64,000 bases of DNA from a virus: positions 1 to 64,000 of IMG/VR virus record IMGVR_UViG_3300031788_000005; one strand, 5' to 3'. A program made the translations under genes and the position numbers. Each line of letters starts with the position of its first letter. The first letter of the stretch is position 1. The notes beneath the pieces are model-generated. The model was not told the origin of the DNA and did no database searches. It was given only the letters and a program-made list of their open reading frames with translations. Below are positions 22,336-33,468 of this stretch, in pieces.

Positions 22336-22996
22336 GGTTTATGCCTTAGTTTTTCTAACGCTTCACAAAACTCATTTAATTGTTTGGCAGTTACATTCGT
22401 ACTGGCCCCACTTCCCATAAATGACAAAACTACCACATCGTCATCTATAATTTTGTTTTCCACCAGAAAGTATTCGGCGGAAACAAATGCCCACCACGTT
22501 GCAATGGGAGAGAATTTTTCTAGTAAATGTTTGTTCATAAATCTTTGTGTAAGGAAACTTAAGACATTTCATCGTGACTTCCGCGAGACAGAGTACTTCC
22601 AGCATAAAGTCGTTTAACACACTGACAAAGATTAGTCGTATCTACTCGACCTAGGTGGTTCATATATTCTAGTGTAAAACCTTTTGGAGTTAGTTTAACA
22701 ACCTTAGCCTTCACCAAACCCTTATAACTCGGCGGGTTAATGGCGACTTCATCACCAACGAAAACAGGGTGGCCGAATATGTCTAGTTTATGGTTCATAT
22801 TATTTTAAGTAAATTTGCATTTTTGTTTTGAGATATTTCAATTTCTCAATATCTCTTCGAACGGCAGTTTGGCATTCGACGGCTGTACTGTTATAAGACT
22901 TCTGACGATTAAGCGTATCAAAATTAGTTTCAATGCGAAATATAAGTTGTCCTAATTCGTCAATAATGGTTTCGTTTACAGTCATAAATTTTAAAA

Positions 22997-23109
22997 TGTG
23001 GACAAAATTAACACCCGAATGTCATTTCTTAACGAAGCTTGAAATAAAAAGGCGCATCGGCGTCCGTCCAGTTTACCCCGCGTTTTCGTCTTGCCTTTCG
23101 GCGTCCACA
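22997..23109 (-). ncRNA. putative structured ncRNA E (downstream of RNA ligase)
   Basis: Own promoter TTGACT-N17-TAATCT; terminal helix TGTGGAC/GTCCACA; GCC-GAAA-GGC and GACA-TTCGGG-TGTT hairpins. Confidence 0.55.
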
Positions 23110-23144
23110 AAAATAAGATTAGCAGAAGATTCAATATAAGTCAA

Positions 23145-24155
23145 CTACTTTTTTGAATCGTAGTGTTTATTAATGACCTTAAAACTTCCACCGTTTTTAA
23201 GCTTAATGACAACTCCCTCAAACGGCTGGCCGTTAATTTCGGTTAATTCTTCGTCATACTTTTTAATTAATTCTGGAGTCAAAATAACACCCTTTTCCAA
23301 CATTGGAACAGTTTCAATATTAAGTATTTCAGCTACTTTTTCATAGTAGAATAAACCTTCTGTACCCTCATAATTTAATGTGTCTAAATTTAAAACACTA
23401 AATAAAGCAAAACCCAATGGCAACTTCGCATGAGGATTTACCGGACCTGCCTGAATTCCACCCCCGTAAATCTCGCCACGAAGAGCAAGATTAACTTTAA
23501 ATTTATTACAGAAATGAGTAAGTTTATTTAAAATGTCTATTTTTTTGGCAATTATAGTATAATTATTTACTGCGTCCAATTTCAAATCCATAGAACGAGT
23601 TGTAATACCAGTATCATAATGGTAATCCCAATCGGCGGTTTCTAATTCTAGCGTCTTCTCCTTACAATAGGCAGTCAAACTACTACCGTCAATTTTCAGA
23701 GTCACATCAACAATTTCACCATAAGGAATATTAAGAAGATTCTGGTATCTTTCCTCGTCAGACTTAAAAATTCCGTGGGGTAGATTACCTTTTGCATCAA
23801 GATTTTGAGGAAGAGGGGGTTCATAATGCGTTATCCCCAAAATTCCAGAGACTTCATATCCTTCTTCAGCCAAAAATGTGTTATATTGAATGATTGACGG
23901 GCTTTCGACAATACCCATCGAAAAAACACCCCTTAACTTTATGGCTCGAACCCGACTAGACTTTGCCTTGTAAAATTTAGCCCATTCTGCGTCAGGTAAG
24001 ACTGTATCTGGGGAAATAAACACAACCAAATCTTCAACCTTAAATTGGTTTCGCTTTACGATTACTTGGTAATTTAGCACCGTTACGATGGAAAGAAACT
24101 CACCGTTAGGATGGTCAATGATTGATTTAATTTTTTCAATACTTGCTAGTTTCAT
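23145..24155 (-). CDS. RNA ligase (DRB0094/Rnl5-like family)
   Basis: N-terminal OB-like KLASIEKI...HPN; motif I KIDGSS; GEIYG; EGVV; FKVIN. Confidence 0.9.
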   Translation of the reverse strand: MKLASIEKIKSIIDHPNGEFLSIVTVLNYQVIVKRNQFKVEDLVVFISPDTVLPDAEWAKFYKAKSSRVRAIKLRGVFSMGIVESPSIIQYNTFLAEEGYEVSGILGITHYEPPLPQNLDAKGNLPHGIFKSDEERYQNLLNIPYGEIVDVTLKIDGSSLTAYCKEKTLELETADWDYHYDTGITTRSMDLKLDAVNNYTIIAKKIDILNKLTHFCNKFKVNLALRGEIYGGGIQAGPVNPHAKLPLGFALFSVLNLDTLNYEGTEGLFYYEKVAEILNIETVPMLEKGVILTPELIKKYDEELTEINGQPFEGVVIKLKNGGSFKVINKHYDSKK

Positions 24156-24165
24156 AAATTTTAAA

Positions 24166-24304
24166 TGTTGGTGCCAGATTCTCTCGGCCTTGCGAGCCTA
24201 TTCCACTGACAAATGACTCATACCTCACACCTTTGAGTCCACGACTTGAGAATTCGTGTGCGTCTCACACCCTTCTTGGGGTAATGTTCTTTCGCCAACC
24301 AACA
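24166..24304 (-). ncRNA. putative structured ncRNA F or 5' leader of RNA ligase
   Basis: Starts at +1 of TTGACT-N17-TAGTAT; terminal helix TGTTGGT/ACCAACA; GACTCA/TGAGTC and other hairpins. Confidence 0.55.
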
Positions 24305-24520
24305 AAATCATACTATCAAACTATTCCGCAGAAGTCAACTCTTTTTAGGCAGATTGTTTGGCTAAATAAATTAAATAATACAACCATTTAAAACTATCAT
24401 CTTGTTCAAGAGTGGGATTGCAATCGGGACATTTCCTCATTTGTAGTAGAGAGTCCGCGATACTCATTTCCGCTTCTTTTATTTTAAGAAGTCTTTTTTG
24501 TCTGGGCGTTTTAAATTTTT

Positions 24521-25015
24521 TCATGACTTTTTTCGCGGCTTTTTAGTTGGCTTCTTGGGCGCGGGTTTGAGTGTTTCTTTCTGGAACTCAGCAAAGTCTT
24601 TTAATTCTTTTTCGAGTTTGGCTTTATTTTTCTGTTGGTCGGAGAATTTTTTCTTTTGTTCGGCAAATAGTTTGTGGAAAATTACTTTTTGTTCGTCAGC
24701 GGTTTTATAAAGTCCTGCATCTGAGTAACATAGGTAAGTACGTAGGGGCACTTGTTTCTCAATATCCGTACCTTCTTGGTGACACAAAATCACCGGCCCA
24801 AGAAGTACTGAGTCGTTTTTGGCATCGGGGTGCATTGTAATAGCAACACAATTGTCATCCCTCAACTTTTCAAGCGTCTCAATTAATCGTACCCCACACT
24901 CATATTGCTGACAAATTATATCTTGTTCAGCATTGAATTGGTCAAGTTCTACCCTAGCAGAAAAGTTTACTCCATTCAAAATGTATACTGGCAATTTTAA
25001 ATCATTGGCAATCAT
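24521..25015 (-). CDS. hypothetical protein with basic C-terminus
   Basis: 164-aa ORF. Confidence 0.65.
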   Translation of the reverse strand: MIANDLKLPVYILNGVNFSARVELDQFNAEQDIICQQYECGVRLIETLEKLRDDNCVAITMHPDAKNDSVLLGPVILCHQEGTDIEKQVPLRTYLCYSDAGLYKTADEQKVIFHKLFAEQKKKFSDQQKNKAKLEKELKDFAEFQKETLKPAPKKPTKKPRKKS

Positions 25016-26069
25016 AAATAAATTCTAAATCTTTTTTACTTGAGATAGATATACACTACACATATCACCCGTCAAGATATTTTTCACATTTAAATAGCGG
25101 AGTTTACCGCCGAATTTAACAACCTCAGTCACTTGACCCTCAAAATCTTTCTCAAAGGTATCGTTTTCAGTCTTGAAAACAAAAACCTTATCAAAGACAT
25201 GGAACCCGTCTAAATTAAGTTCAAATTGTGGGCTAATAAATTTCATACGACAACGTCAAATTCTCCTCTGACCCACCTTACTGGCGGAATAAACTCGTCA
25301 GGATTTTCTGATTCAATTAAGTAAGTGTCATCCTTTGCACGAAATTCAGTAATTACGCCGACGAAATCCTTGAAATTTCCCACAAGTATCCTGACGCGTA
25401 CCCCGATTGGAAATAGGTCTTTCATTCGGTTAAATACTCCCTTTTCTGAATCCACACTTGGTCTAATACCAAGTTTTCGTCTTCCTGCTTGGCAATTTCC
25501 CATCGCGGGTCAAGACGAATAAGAGTATCAGCGTCTTTATAACTCACTAATTGAGTGTCCAAAATGCGGTAGGGTTTAAATAATTTGAGATAGATTTTGC
25601 GGAACATAGTTTTTTTTAGTTTTTGTTTTGGTGTTGATTGCAGCCGAACCATTTTTCGGTTATAATTTCTTTGCCATTTGTGCCATATGCTCCGAAAGTC
25701 ATTTCTCGGGAAGCGCCACAGTACATTTCGTCACTAGGATTTTTACTTTCTCCAAAGTGGCTATCTGGAATGTCAGTCCAGAATTTGCAAGTTGAGCAGG
25801 TTTTGTCCATGTTTAAATCCTAACAGAATATTTGTTTTGTGTCAACAAAAATTACCACTTAATTTTCCCGCCACGATTACGAGCCTTAATAATACGTGTA
25901 TTTTCTTCCTTCGAAAGCCTGTTTAGTCTTTTTTGGCGGGTTTCGGGTGTCTTGTCGTATTCAGGTATGTGGGTGGTGAGGTTAAGTAAAAGACTGCGTT
26001 GGAAACGTAGCTAGTTCGTCGTAAAAAATATACGAAGCCGTCTTTCCGCGAATTGGGTCTGAGGGATTA

Positions 26070-26726
26070 TTAGTCATTTTTTAGTCCATGTTTTTTTAAT
26101 TCTGCTCGGTTGAGTTGACGCTTTAAAATTATCTTAAACGACGGAGGAAAGTTAATTATTGTTTCGAGAATTATATCATGGGGTTTCAGATTAGTTGGAT
26201 TACTAATAATTCCCGCTTTTATTTGATACCAAATACCATTTAATTTATAAAGCTGATTGTAATTCCCCAAAATACGACAACGTGCATCACGTGCTTCTTG
26301 CTGTTTTTTTTGATAACTTTTCCTAGTCGGCGGGGTGTAAATACAGATAGTCTTTGAAACAGGATGAACATAAAAAATTTTTTGACCACCTTCGACTGGC
26401 ATTGCCGAATCATCGCGGTCACGCCATGGAGTAGGATAGTCGGAATAATAATAAATTTTCTTATCTTCTCCTACAAACGTATTAAATTCCAGATGACGGC
26501 GCAAATTATGGGCCAACCTAAATTCCTTGGGAACCCATTTGGCGTGAACGTAATTGTGAATAACGGTATCGACATTCTTTCCAAGATTAGATTCTAACCA
26601 ACGCTGCATTCTGCGCCATGAAAAATTCCAACCGAAATATTTATCATTTTCCCAAGAATAATCATGATTCCGTTCGCGGGAAGGAAGATTTTCTAACTTT
26701 TCTTCGCGTTGTGTTTGCCAGTTCAT
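26070..26726 (-). CDS. hypothetical protein
   Basis: Long ORF; start reassigned to MNWQ after the promoter. Confidence 0.7.
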   Translation of the reverse strand: MNWQTQREEKLENLPSRERNHDYSWENDKYFGWNFSWRRMQRWLESNLGKNVDTVIHNYVHAKWVPKEFRLAHNLRRHLEFNTFVGEDKKIYYYSDYPTPWRDRDDSAMPVEGGQKIFYVHPVSKTICIYTPPTRKSYQKKQQEARDARCRILGNYNQLYKLNGIWYQIKAGIISNPTNLKPHDIILETIINFPPSFKIILKRQLNRAELKKHGLKND

Positions 26727-27616
26727 GATTAAGAATTTATTAGATAGGTTGCTTTTTGTCAACTGATTTTTTGGCTTCTGCGTACCTAAGTTCGCTTTTA
26801 TTGGCAGAGAAAGCGTAATTAAACAAATCCGCTTCTTTCTTAGAAAGAGGAAGTCCTTTACTGATAATTTTGCCAGTGAGAGTGTTGATTAAATTGTATG
26901 TTTTGTCTTTCATAAAATTACCTCAAAACAATTTCCTTAACCGTATAAGGCACAACAATATACTCGCGTTCGGTTTCGAGAATTTGTTCAATTATTTTTT
27001 TGGCTTCCCGTGCTATTAAGGTATCAGGAATCAACTTATTCCATTCAAGATTTTTATCGCTCTTTTGGATTTCGTAATAAATAATTCCAGTACGTGGGCT
27101 TCTCCAACTAAATACAATGCGGTATTTTTTCATTCAGGAAATAGTTCTTTTTCTAAAACTTCCACGGATTTGTTCAGTTTCAGACGATATAACAAATCAA
27201 GTTTACGCTTTCGTTCAATGGTATAATGTTCAATTTCATCAATCATAAATCCACCTTCTCCACGACTGGGATATTCAACTATGATAAATGAAGTATCTAA
27301 TATTTTAACTACTACCATGGGCTTATTACCCCATATACTATTTTTAGTAGCGAATACTACGTCGCCAATTTCGAATGTTTGATTGTTTTTCATGTTTTTA
27401 ATATAACAAAAAAATCATTAATCGTCAAGTCTTTTTACAAAATTTTTATAAAATTCTGCTACTTTTGGGGTATATTCAATACTTGCGCCTTCGTGTTCGC
27501 CTTTCATCATAACAGCATATCTCCTTCCACAATGTCTACAAAAAAATAAAGCACTTTGTCTGCTTAATGGTCCTTGAACTATTAATTTATGAAAACCAAA
27601 GAAACATTTAATTTTA

Positions 27617-28111
27617 TTAATCATATTTACAAATATATAACCTCACAGGAGAATCATCAAAAACAGAACCAATAATAGCCCTAACCACGTTCCAATTTCC
27701 CCCACCGAGATTGCAGCCCATTTTATAAGGTATAGCTAAAGACCTCCCCGAAGGGTCTTTAGCTTTTCCGACCACTCCCCTGAGAATTGACGATAATCCC
27801 ATTTCAAATGCATCATAACTGGTTTTGCGTTCGCTACGACCAATATCGAACTGACCGTATAAATTAATGACATACCTAATATTAGGATTGATTCGAGTAT
27901 CATTAGGGCGAGGGATAACTTTGGCGAATGAATAGGTGCCGAGTTTATTAATATCTCCCTTGGCGGTCTTGCAGTCAGCTTCATAAGCTTCTGGGAATAA
28001 CTCTCTTACATAACGAGCCACGCCGCCACCCATAATATGAAAACAATTAGCACTATGAATGATGGCGTCCGCATCAGCTTTGAACAAATCACACTTAATT
28101 TCATTAATCAT
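27617..28111 (-). CDS. macrodomain protein (ADP-ribose processing)
   Basis: DLF...DAIIHSANCFHIMGGGVA...NLYGQ...PYKMGCNLGGGNW. Confidence 0.9.
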   Translation of the reverse strand: MINEIKCDLFKADADAIIHSANCFHIMGGGVARYVRELFPEAYEADCKTAKGDINKLGTYSFAKVIPRPNDTRINPNIRYVINLYGQFDIGRSERKTSYDAFEMGLSSILRGVVGKAKDPSGRSLAIPYKMGCNLGGGNWNVVRAIIGSVFDDSPVRLYICKYD

Positions 28112-28338
28112 AAATTTCTTTTTCTGTCATCCACAAAGCCGCAGATTCCCAGTTAGCAAACCAAACATTTAAATTACTTCTTGGGTTCAATCTTCGGTCC
28201 TTAAAATTCCACCACAAAAACCATTTTTTATACTGGCACCTATATCTATGACCGTCTAGTAAGATTCTTCGTTTCATTTTAATTTGAAAAATGTATTTAT
28301 AATTAAAATCCTATTACAACCCTCAATCAACGTCAACC

Positions 28339-28773
28339 TTAAAATGGCATAAACAACAAATCAAATGCTTTATCCGCCAATTCTCCATCCAAAACATACC
28401 AGTCGCCGGATGCATTAACCATTAAATTAATGATGTTGTTGTAGTTAACTGGTTCTTGTTCATTAACATTTGTAGAAAATGGCTTTCGCGGACGACCCCA
28501 AGGTTCAACAGACAAAGAATTACCCTGCGGATTCATGCCCACAATCCACTTACCGAGACACGAATGTTTCAACATTAAAATACGCTTTGAATTTAGCGCC
28601 CTAAGAAGGGTTTCCAGTTTGGTAATTTTAAAACATCCAATATTGCGCGTTGAGATAAAGTTATCATCCCAAATTTTAGTTATAGACTCTTCTTCAAGAA
28701 TCTCGTTTTTGACTTTAATTAGGTCATCGATTTGTTGTTGTATTGTTTCGGATTTTTTCATAAATTTTCCCAT
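28339..28773 (-). CDS. hypothetical protein
   Basis: 144-aa ORF. Confidence 0.6.
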   Translation of the reverse strand: MGKFMKKSETIQQQIDDLIKVKNEILEEESITKIWDDNFISTRNIGCFKITKLETLLRALNSKRILMLKHSCLGKWIVGMNPQGNSLSVEPWGRPRKPFSTNVNEQEPVNYNNIINLMVNASGDWYVLDGELADKAFDLLFMPF

Positions 28774-29111
28774 CCCTTTTTTGGTTTAGCGTCAGTTGGT
28801 TTACGAAAGCCTTTTTTATCTTTCGCGATTTCTTTCCAAATATCCATCATTTCACATGGCAAATCAGCTACTTCAACAAAATTACCGTCTCCCTCGCGGA
28901 TTAATTTATTGTGATAATATTTTAGTGAAGATGCAAACTCACTATTTAATTCTTCCCAAGCTTCTTTTTTGGTTTCCGCGCCCCAACAAGACTTAGACCA
29001 GTAAGGATAATTAGGATGCCATGACCACCAATAATAATGATATTGAAGAGTTTTATCCTTAACCTTAAACGGAGGAACTTCAAAAGGGCAATTTGGTGAA
29101 TTAGAATTCAT
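28758..29111 (-). CDS. hypothetical Trp-rich protein
   Basis: 117-aa ORF coupled to Nudix gene. Confidence 0.55.
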   Translation of the reverse strand: MNSNSPNCPFEVPPFKVKDKTLQYHYYWWSWHPNYPYWSKSCWGAETKKEAWEELNSEFASSLKYYHNKLIREGDGNFVEVADLPCEMMDIWKEIAKDKKGFRKPTDAKPKKGWENL

Positions 29112-29506
29112 AAATTTTTAAGATACTGTACCAAAAATGGTACAAGTTTCAACTTTAAAGCTTCTTTCTTTGTATAAAGTTTCCATTCTGAGTGTTTTTC
29201 GGGTTCTAGGTTTTTTACTCCATCAAAAAAAAATTCACTATCAAAACGATATTCAAAGATAAAAACCTTATGCTTGTATTTTTCTACAACGTGACAGTCT
29301 GTTAAAGTGGGATTTCCCCATAATTGAATATCTGTTTCTTCCATAACTTCCCGCCGTAGACCTTGGACAATAGTTTCACCTTTGTTAATCTTGCCACCTA
29401 CACCACCATAGTAACCATTAAAAACCTTACCATTACGTTGTGCAAGCATGATTTTCCCATTAAACCACATCAGACACACGGCGCATTTTTGATAATCTTT
29501 CTTCAT
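29108..29506 (-). CDS. Nudix hydrolase
   Basis: Nudix box GGKINKGETIVQGLRREVMEETDI. Confidence 0.9.
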   Translation of the reverse strand: MKKDYQKCAVCLMWFNGKIMLAQRNGKVFNGYYGGVGGKINKGETIVQGLRREVMEETDIQLWGNPTLTDCHVVEKYKHKVFIFEYRFDSEFFFDGVKNLEPEKHSEWKLYTKKEALKLKLVPFLVQYLKNL

Positions 29507-29734
29507 AATTATTTCCCCTTTTTGGTTGTTTTTTTACTACCACCCCATACTTGGTTGAATTGGGCTTGTGATACGACCATCCAAAGACTATCTTTAATTC
29601 CCCTAAGACCATGGTCTAAGAAGGCGGCAACAACATGCTCATTGGCCCATTGATTAAATTCCTCGAAGTTCATTTTGTCTGTTGTTTTTTCTTTCATATT
29701 TCAATACTAACACATTATTAAATTATTGTCAATT

Positions 29735-29775
29735 AAAAAAGAGCGACGAGAATCTCGTGCTTCCCGCCGCCCTTT
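29735..29775 (-). terminator. intrinsic terminator after rIIA
   Basis: GGGCGGCGGGAA...TTCTCGTCGCTC followed by T6. Confidence 0.7.
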
Positions 29776-29795
29776 CTCGAATCGGCAGACCTATT

Positions 29796-31880
29796 TTAAC
29801 TACCGACAAGATTCACATATTGGGTAACGCCTTCCAAGAACTTCTCGTTATTTTGCCAATATAAATTCTCAAACAATGGATAATTTGTGATGACTTCCGA
29901 AGCCACCGTCTTCAAATCGTGTTCAGCTTTGCCAGCCATGGAATAATATTCCTTCCAAGCAATGGCAGTGTCTAGAACCTTTTTGTCGTTTGAATATTTC
30001 ATATACTCGAATACTTCATTAGCCTTAGCCAATACAGTTGTGTTGCTAACTTTCTTAGCAATCGACCCAATGTAGGGCAACCAGCTATAAGATGAATTAG
30101 ACTCATAAGCCAATCTATTAATAAGTTTCTGAGAAATCTTATTAGCGTCAAAATATTTAGTTAACTCCTGTTCGATAAAGTTCCATAAAGAAATCATACC
30201 TGAATTCTTAAGGACAATATCCCGTTTAGCAATCTTGAATCCATAAAGTTTAGGAATAGTAATCCCAAATACCTTAAGGTCTTCAATAATTTTATTGAGT
30301 TTACTGGAATGAACTAACATCCTAGCTTTATCTTCATACTTAAACCCTTCTAAAATAACATATACTCCCGAATCATTGGCGATATCAACAGTTTCCTTCT
30401 CCCAGTAACTAGAGTTGCTATGGCCAGTACTAGTATGACCAGCAGCATAAACATGGTTATAGATAAACTCTTTACTTGCATGCTTTAAATTCTTAACTGG
30501 CCCACCGCTTACAGTAGATAGAACGATTTTTGGCAGTGAACTTAGGAGGATAAAGTTACTATCCACTAATCCCGTCTCAGTCAAGAAATCCTGCTTATCC
30601 TTTTCAGTGTTATAATGAAGGATATAGACATCCTTACCACCGCTGTTAAAAACTAGGTTATAGATACGGTTACTGATACCGTTGGCAATTTTCAGGTCAT
30701 TGTAGATAAGAACCGTCTTATCGCTACAGGAAATAGTATTATAATCGCAGACTTTAATCTTACTACCCTTATAACTACTTTCGTACTTACGCAGTAGGAA
30801 TGTATTAATGTTTTGATTCTCAAAACGGATATCAGAATTCAAGACAGCCTTACCATTGAAGGTTAGACTGGATTTAATCATCCCGCGAAGAGCGTAAAGA
30901 TTACTCCCATAATCCATGATGGTACCATAATATTTACAGGCATCAAACATAGTGGCGCAAGATTGAAAACGGATATTAAGAGTCGTGGCAACTTCCTTAA
31001 TAATTTCCTCCAACTTAGCCTTGATAGCGTCTTTGGTTTTGGTGTTGTACTCCAAAGATTCACGGGAAGCTGAAACAGAAATATCCCCAATACCAAATTG
31101 GACTTCCAACCCACAGGAAAGCGCGGCTGAAATAGCTTCGTTCTGTCCAAATTGATTATGAATGGGATAGGCAATATTACCCATGATAGCTAGTGCAGTG
31201 GTCGTCCCGCCATAGATAGCCCAATCTTTCCCTTCTACAATCGCCGTTCGCGGTTCATAGACCAAATCACTTCCATATATAATAGGACGAACCTTGAAAT
31301 GTTGAAAAAGAGTCTGAGCCTTTTGAATAAAAGCCAACACGTCATAATCCTTAACGGCAACGCAAACTTCTACTCCATCGCTTTCCAAAGTGGGTTCGCT
31401 TGCCAACTTTGCAATCTGGCTAAGATTTTCGCTATCCACATAAATGTTGTAGGTGTTCTTAACTCCACCGTAATAGGAAGTTAGAATAAATGAATCGCCA
31501 TAAGCCAAGGGAGCGACTTTTCCAATTCCCATAAAACCAGCCTGAAGATTAGTCCCGCGCTTTGAACTAGAGCCATAATAAGCATACAGATTGACAATTG
31601 AATCTTCGGACATACCAGTGCCGAAATCGCGAATTCGCAAGGTTGTTTCATTACGTGTGGGAAGTGTTACTTCAATGGGACGGTCAGGGCATCCAGCCTC
31701 AACATGAGAGTCAATCGCATTTACCGCAATTTCACGGATGACTGCCATGATTTTATCTGAGTAGATTTGGGAGCGAAGAATGTTTTGAATGAAACCCATA
31801 CCCTCCTTATGGATTCCCATTTCTTTGCTCAATTTAATACCGTGTGTTTGGACTGTGTTTACGTTTTGTTCAATTATCAT
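29796..31880 (-). CDS. rIIA: rIIA-like protein (N-terminal GHKL ATPase)
   Basis: IYSDKIMAVIREIAVNAIDSH...IRDFGTGM...SSSKR...GFMGIG...VSASRESLEY; rIIB nearby. Confidence 0.88.
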   Translation of the reverse strand: MIIEQNVNTVQTHGIKLSKEMGIHKEGMGFIQNILRSQIYSDKIMAVIREIAVNAIDSHVEAGCPDRPIEVTLPTRNETTLRIRDFGTGMSEDSIVNLYAYYGSSSKRGTNLQAGFMGIGKVAPLAYGDSFILTSYYGGVKNTYNIYVDSENLSQIAKLASEPTLESDGVEVCVAVKDYDVLAFIQKAQTLFQHFKVRPIIYGSDLVYEPRTAIVEGKDWAIYGGTTTALAIMGNIAYPIHNQFGQNEAISAALSCGLEVQFGIGDISVSASRESLEYNTKTKDAIKAKLEEIIKEVATTLNIRFQSCATMFDACKYYGTIMDYGSNLYALRGMIKSSLTFNGKAVLNSDIRFENQNINTFLLRKYESSYKGSKIKVCDYNTISCSDKTVLIYNDLKIANGISNRIYNLVFNSGGKDVYILHYNTEKDKQDFLTETGLVDSNFILLSSLPKIVLSTVSGGPVKNLKHASKEFIYNHVYAAGHTSTGHSNSSYWEKETVDIANDSGVYVILEGFKYEDKARMLVHSSKLNKIIEDLKVFGITIPKLYGFKIAKRDIVLKNSGMISLWNFIEQELTKYFDANKISQKLINRLAYESNSSYSWLPYIGSIAKKVSNTTVLAKANEVFEYMKYSNDKKVLDTAIAWKEYYSMAGKAEHDLKTVASEVITNYPLFENLYWQNNEKFLEGVTQYVNLVGS

Positions 31881-32227
31881 AATAGGTTTTATATTTTATT
31901 TAATTACATCCCTACTTTAGCAGAAGGTTCATTGACAGTCAAGTTCTTTTTTAAAATAATTACCCCAATCTGGTTTGATTTTTAAATCCTTTAATTGTCT
32001 TTCATAAATAGCAGCGTAATAACGAATTGTAGTTAAAGCATTAAAATAATTAAGTTTACGTTTGATTATACCAGCAATAGAAATAGATTTAAAAAGTTTG
32101 AATTCCGTTCCACATTTATGACAATGGATAAGTTGATGACATCTTAAATCGCCGCAGGAACACATATCACGATTATCATGATAGTAATTTATTGGAGATT
32201 CAATCCATTCTTTAAACATCATAAAGA

Positions 32228-32551
32228 TTAAGGAATCGACCCCACATACTCATGTAACAACTGGTTTACTTTAATCATCTTAGCCAGATACCACAAACCG
32301 CCTTGATTCTTGGGTTTCTTGAGTGTGGTGACATCTTTAATTTCGATTTCCGCCCAGACACGTCCTTTATTAGTTAAATGTGGCGCGTGAGGTTGAGGGA
32401 CACAATGCCAGCCGTGTCTTACTTTAAAGCCATCAGTGGGAAAGAGTTCTGCCTTTAGCCATTTTCCTATTTCCAGAGGTTTGGATTTGTTAATAAATAA
32501 TGATGTAATTTCGCCATTGGCTTTCAGGCGGAAGAGTTTATAGGCTTTCAT
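32228..32551 (-). CDS. hypothetical phage protein
   Basis: AYKLFR...SLFIN...RHGWHC..PHAPHL...QGGLWYLA. Confidence 0.65.
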   Translation of the reverse strand: MKAYKLFRLKANGEITSLFINKSKPLEIGKWLKAELFPTDGFKVRHGWHCVPQPHAPHLTNKGRVWAEIEIKDVTTLKKPKNQGGLWYLAKMIKVNQLLHEYVGSIP

Positions 32552-32774
32552 TTAAAATTAAGACATTTCTAGTATTTTTTTAATTTGCTTAAGTTTTTCC
32601 AAACCTTTTTTTATCCTACCATGTGATTCTCGTTCAATGCGCTTTTCAATTTCACTGTAATTATCACCGCCGTTAGAGGCACAACACAAATTTGTACATT
32701 TAATAATGAATCCATCTTCGCCATCAGGAGTTTGACTCATATCTATATCACCACAAATGGGGCATTTTACATAA

Positions 32775-33158
32775 TTAATCATATTTTTTCATTCCTTGGA
32801 TAAATAAAGGTTTAATGGTTTTATAATTATCAAACGCCCAAGAATAGGCTTTACCATAATTCGCCCCCTTTTCTTCTAGAAAATAAGCAAAATATCCTAT
32901 AAACCATGTGGCTTCTTGTCCTCGGTCGTGGTTGTTTTTAAAGTGTTTTTTTACTCGTTTGAATAAATTGTATATAGTCCAAGAAGAAACATTCACAAAT
33001 TCTCCACTGCATTTTGTACATTTCAATCCGGCGTGATATTGACTATCATAATAATCACATTTGCCGCATAATTTTAACTTAGGATTGAAGCGTTTGATTT
33101 CAGAAGCAAGAATATCTTCTATATCAGTCAAGGTTATTGTAAAATCAGTAGTTTTCAT
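32775..33158 (-). CDS. hypothetical protein with Zn ribbon
   Basis: CGKC...CTKC. Confidence 0.55.
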   Translation of the reverse strand: MKTTDFTITLTDIEDILASEIKRFNPKLKLCGKCDYYDSQYHAGLKCTKCSGEFVNVSSWTIYNLFKRVKKHFKNNHDRGQEATWFIGYFAYFLEEKGANYGKAYSWAFDNYKTIKPLFIQGMKKYD

Positions 33159-33404
33159 TTACTTCATTCTAAGCGGAAGTCGTTCCATTGCATTAGCCTG
33201 AGTATCTTCCTTAGTTTGCCGTTTGTAGTCAGATTTAGCCTTGTTTATCCGAATCATGGTTATTGCCGGAACATTCAAAAGGTGTCCCACCATATCCATC
33301 GCATCGTGTGGCCCAAATTGGGTTTCACATTCGACTTCAATTGTTAATTTAGTTTTATAAAAACTCATATTTCTAATCTAACATAAAAATTTATTCTTGT
33401 CAAT

Positions 33405-33442
33405 AAAAAAGACCAACCAGAATTTCTTCTAATTGGTCTTTC
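33405..33442 (-). terminator. intrinsic terminator after rIIB
   Basis: AGACCAATTAGAA-GAAA-TTCTGGTTGGTCT followed by T run. Confidence 0.7.
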
Positions 33443-33468
33443 TTGCTTAGGTGGAGAAAGGCGTTTTG

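Noticed and set aside
29796-31880. Hsp90, MutL or gyrase B call for the GHKL protein
   Set aside because: N-terminal motif and presence of rIIB nearby fit rIIA.
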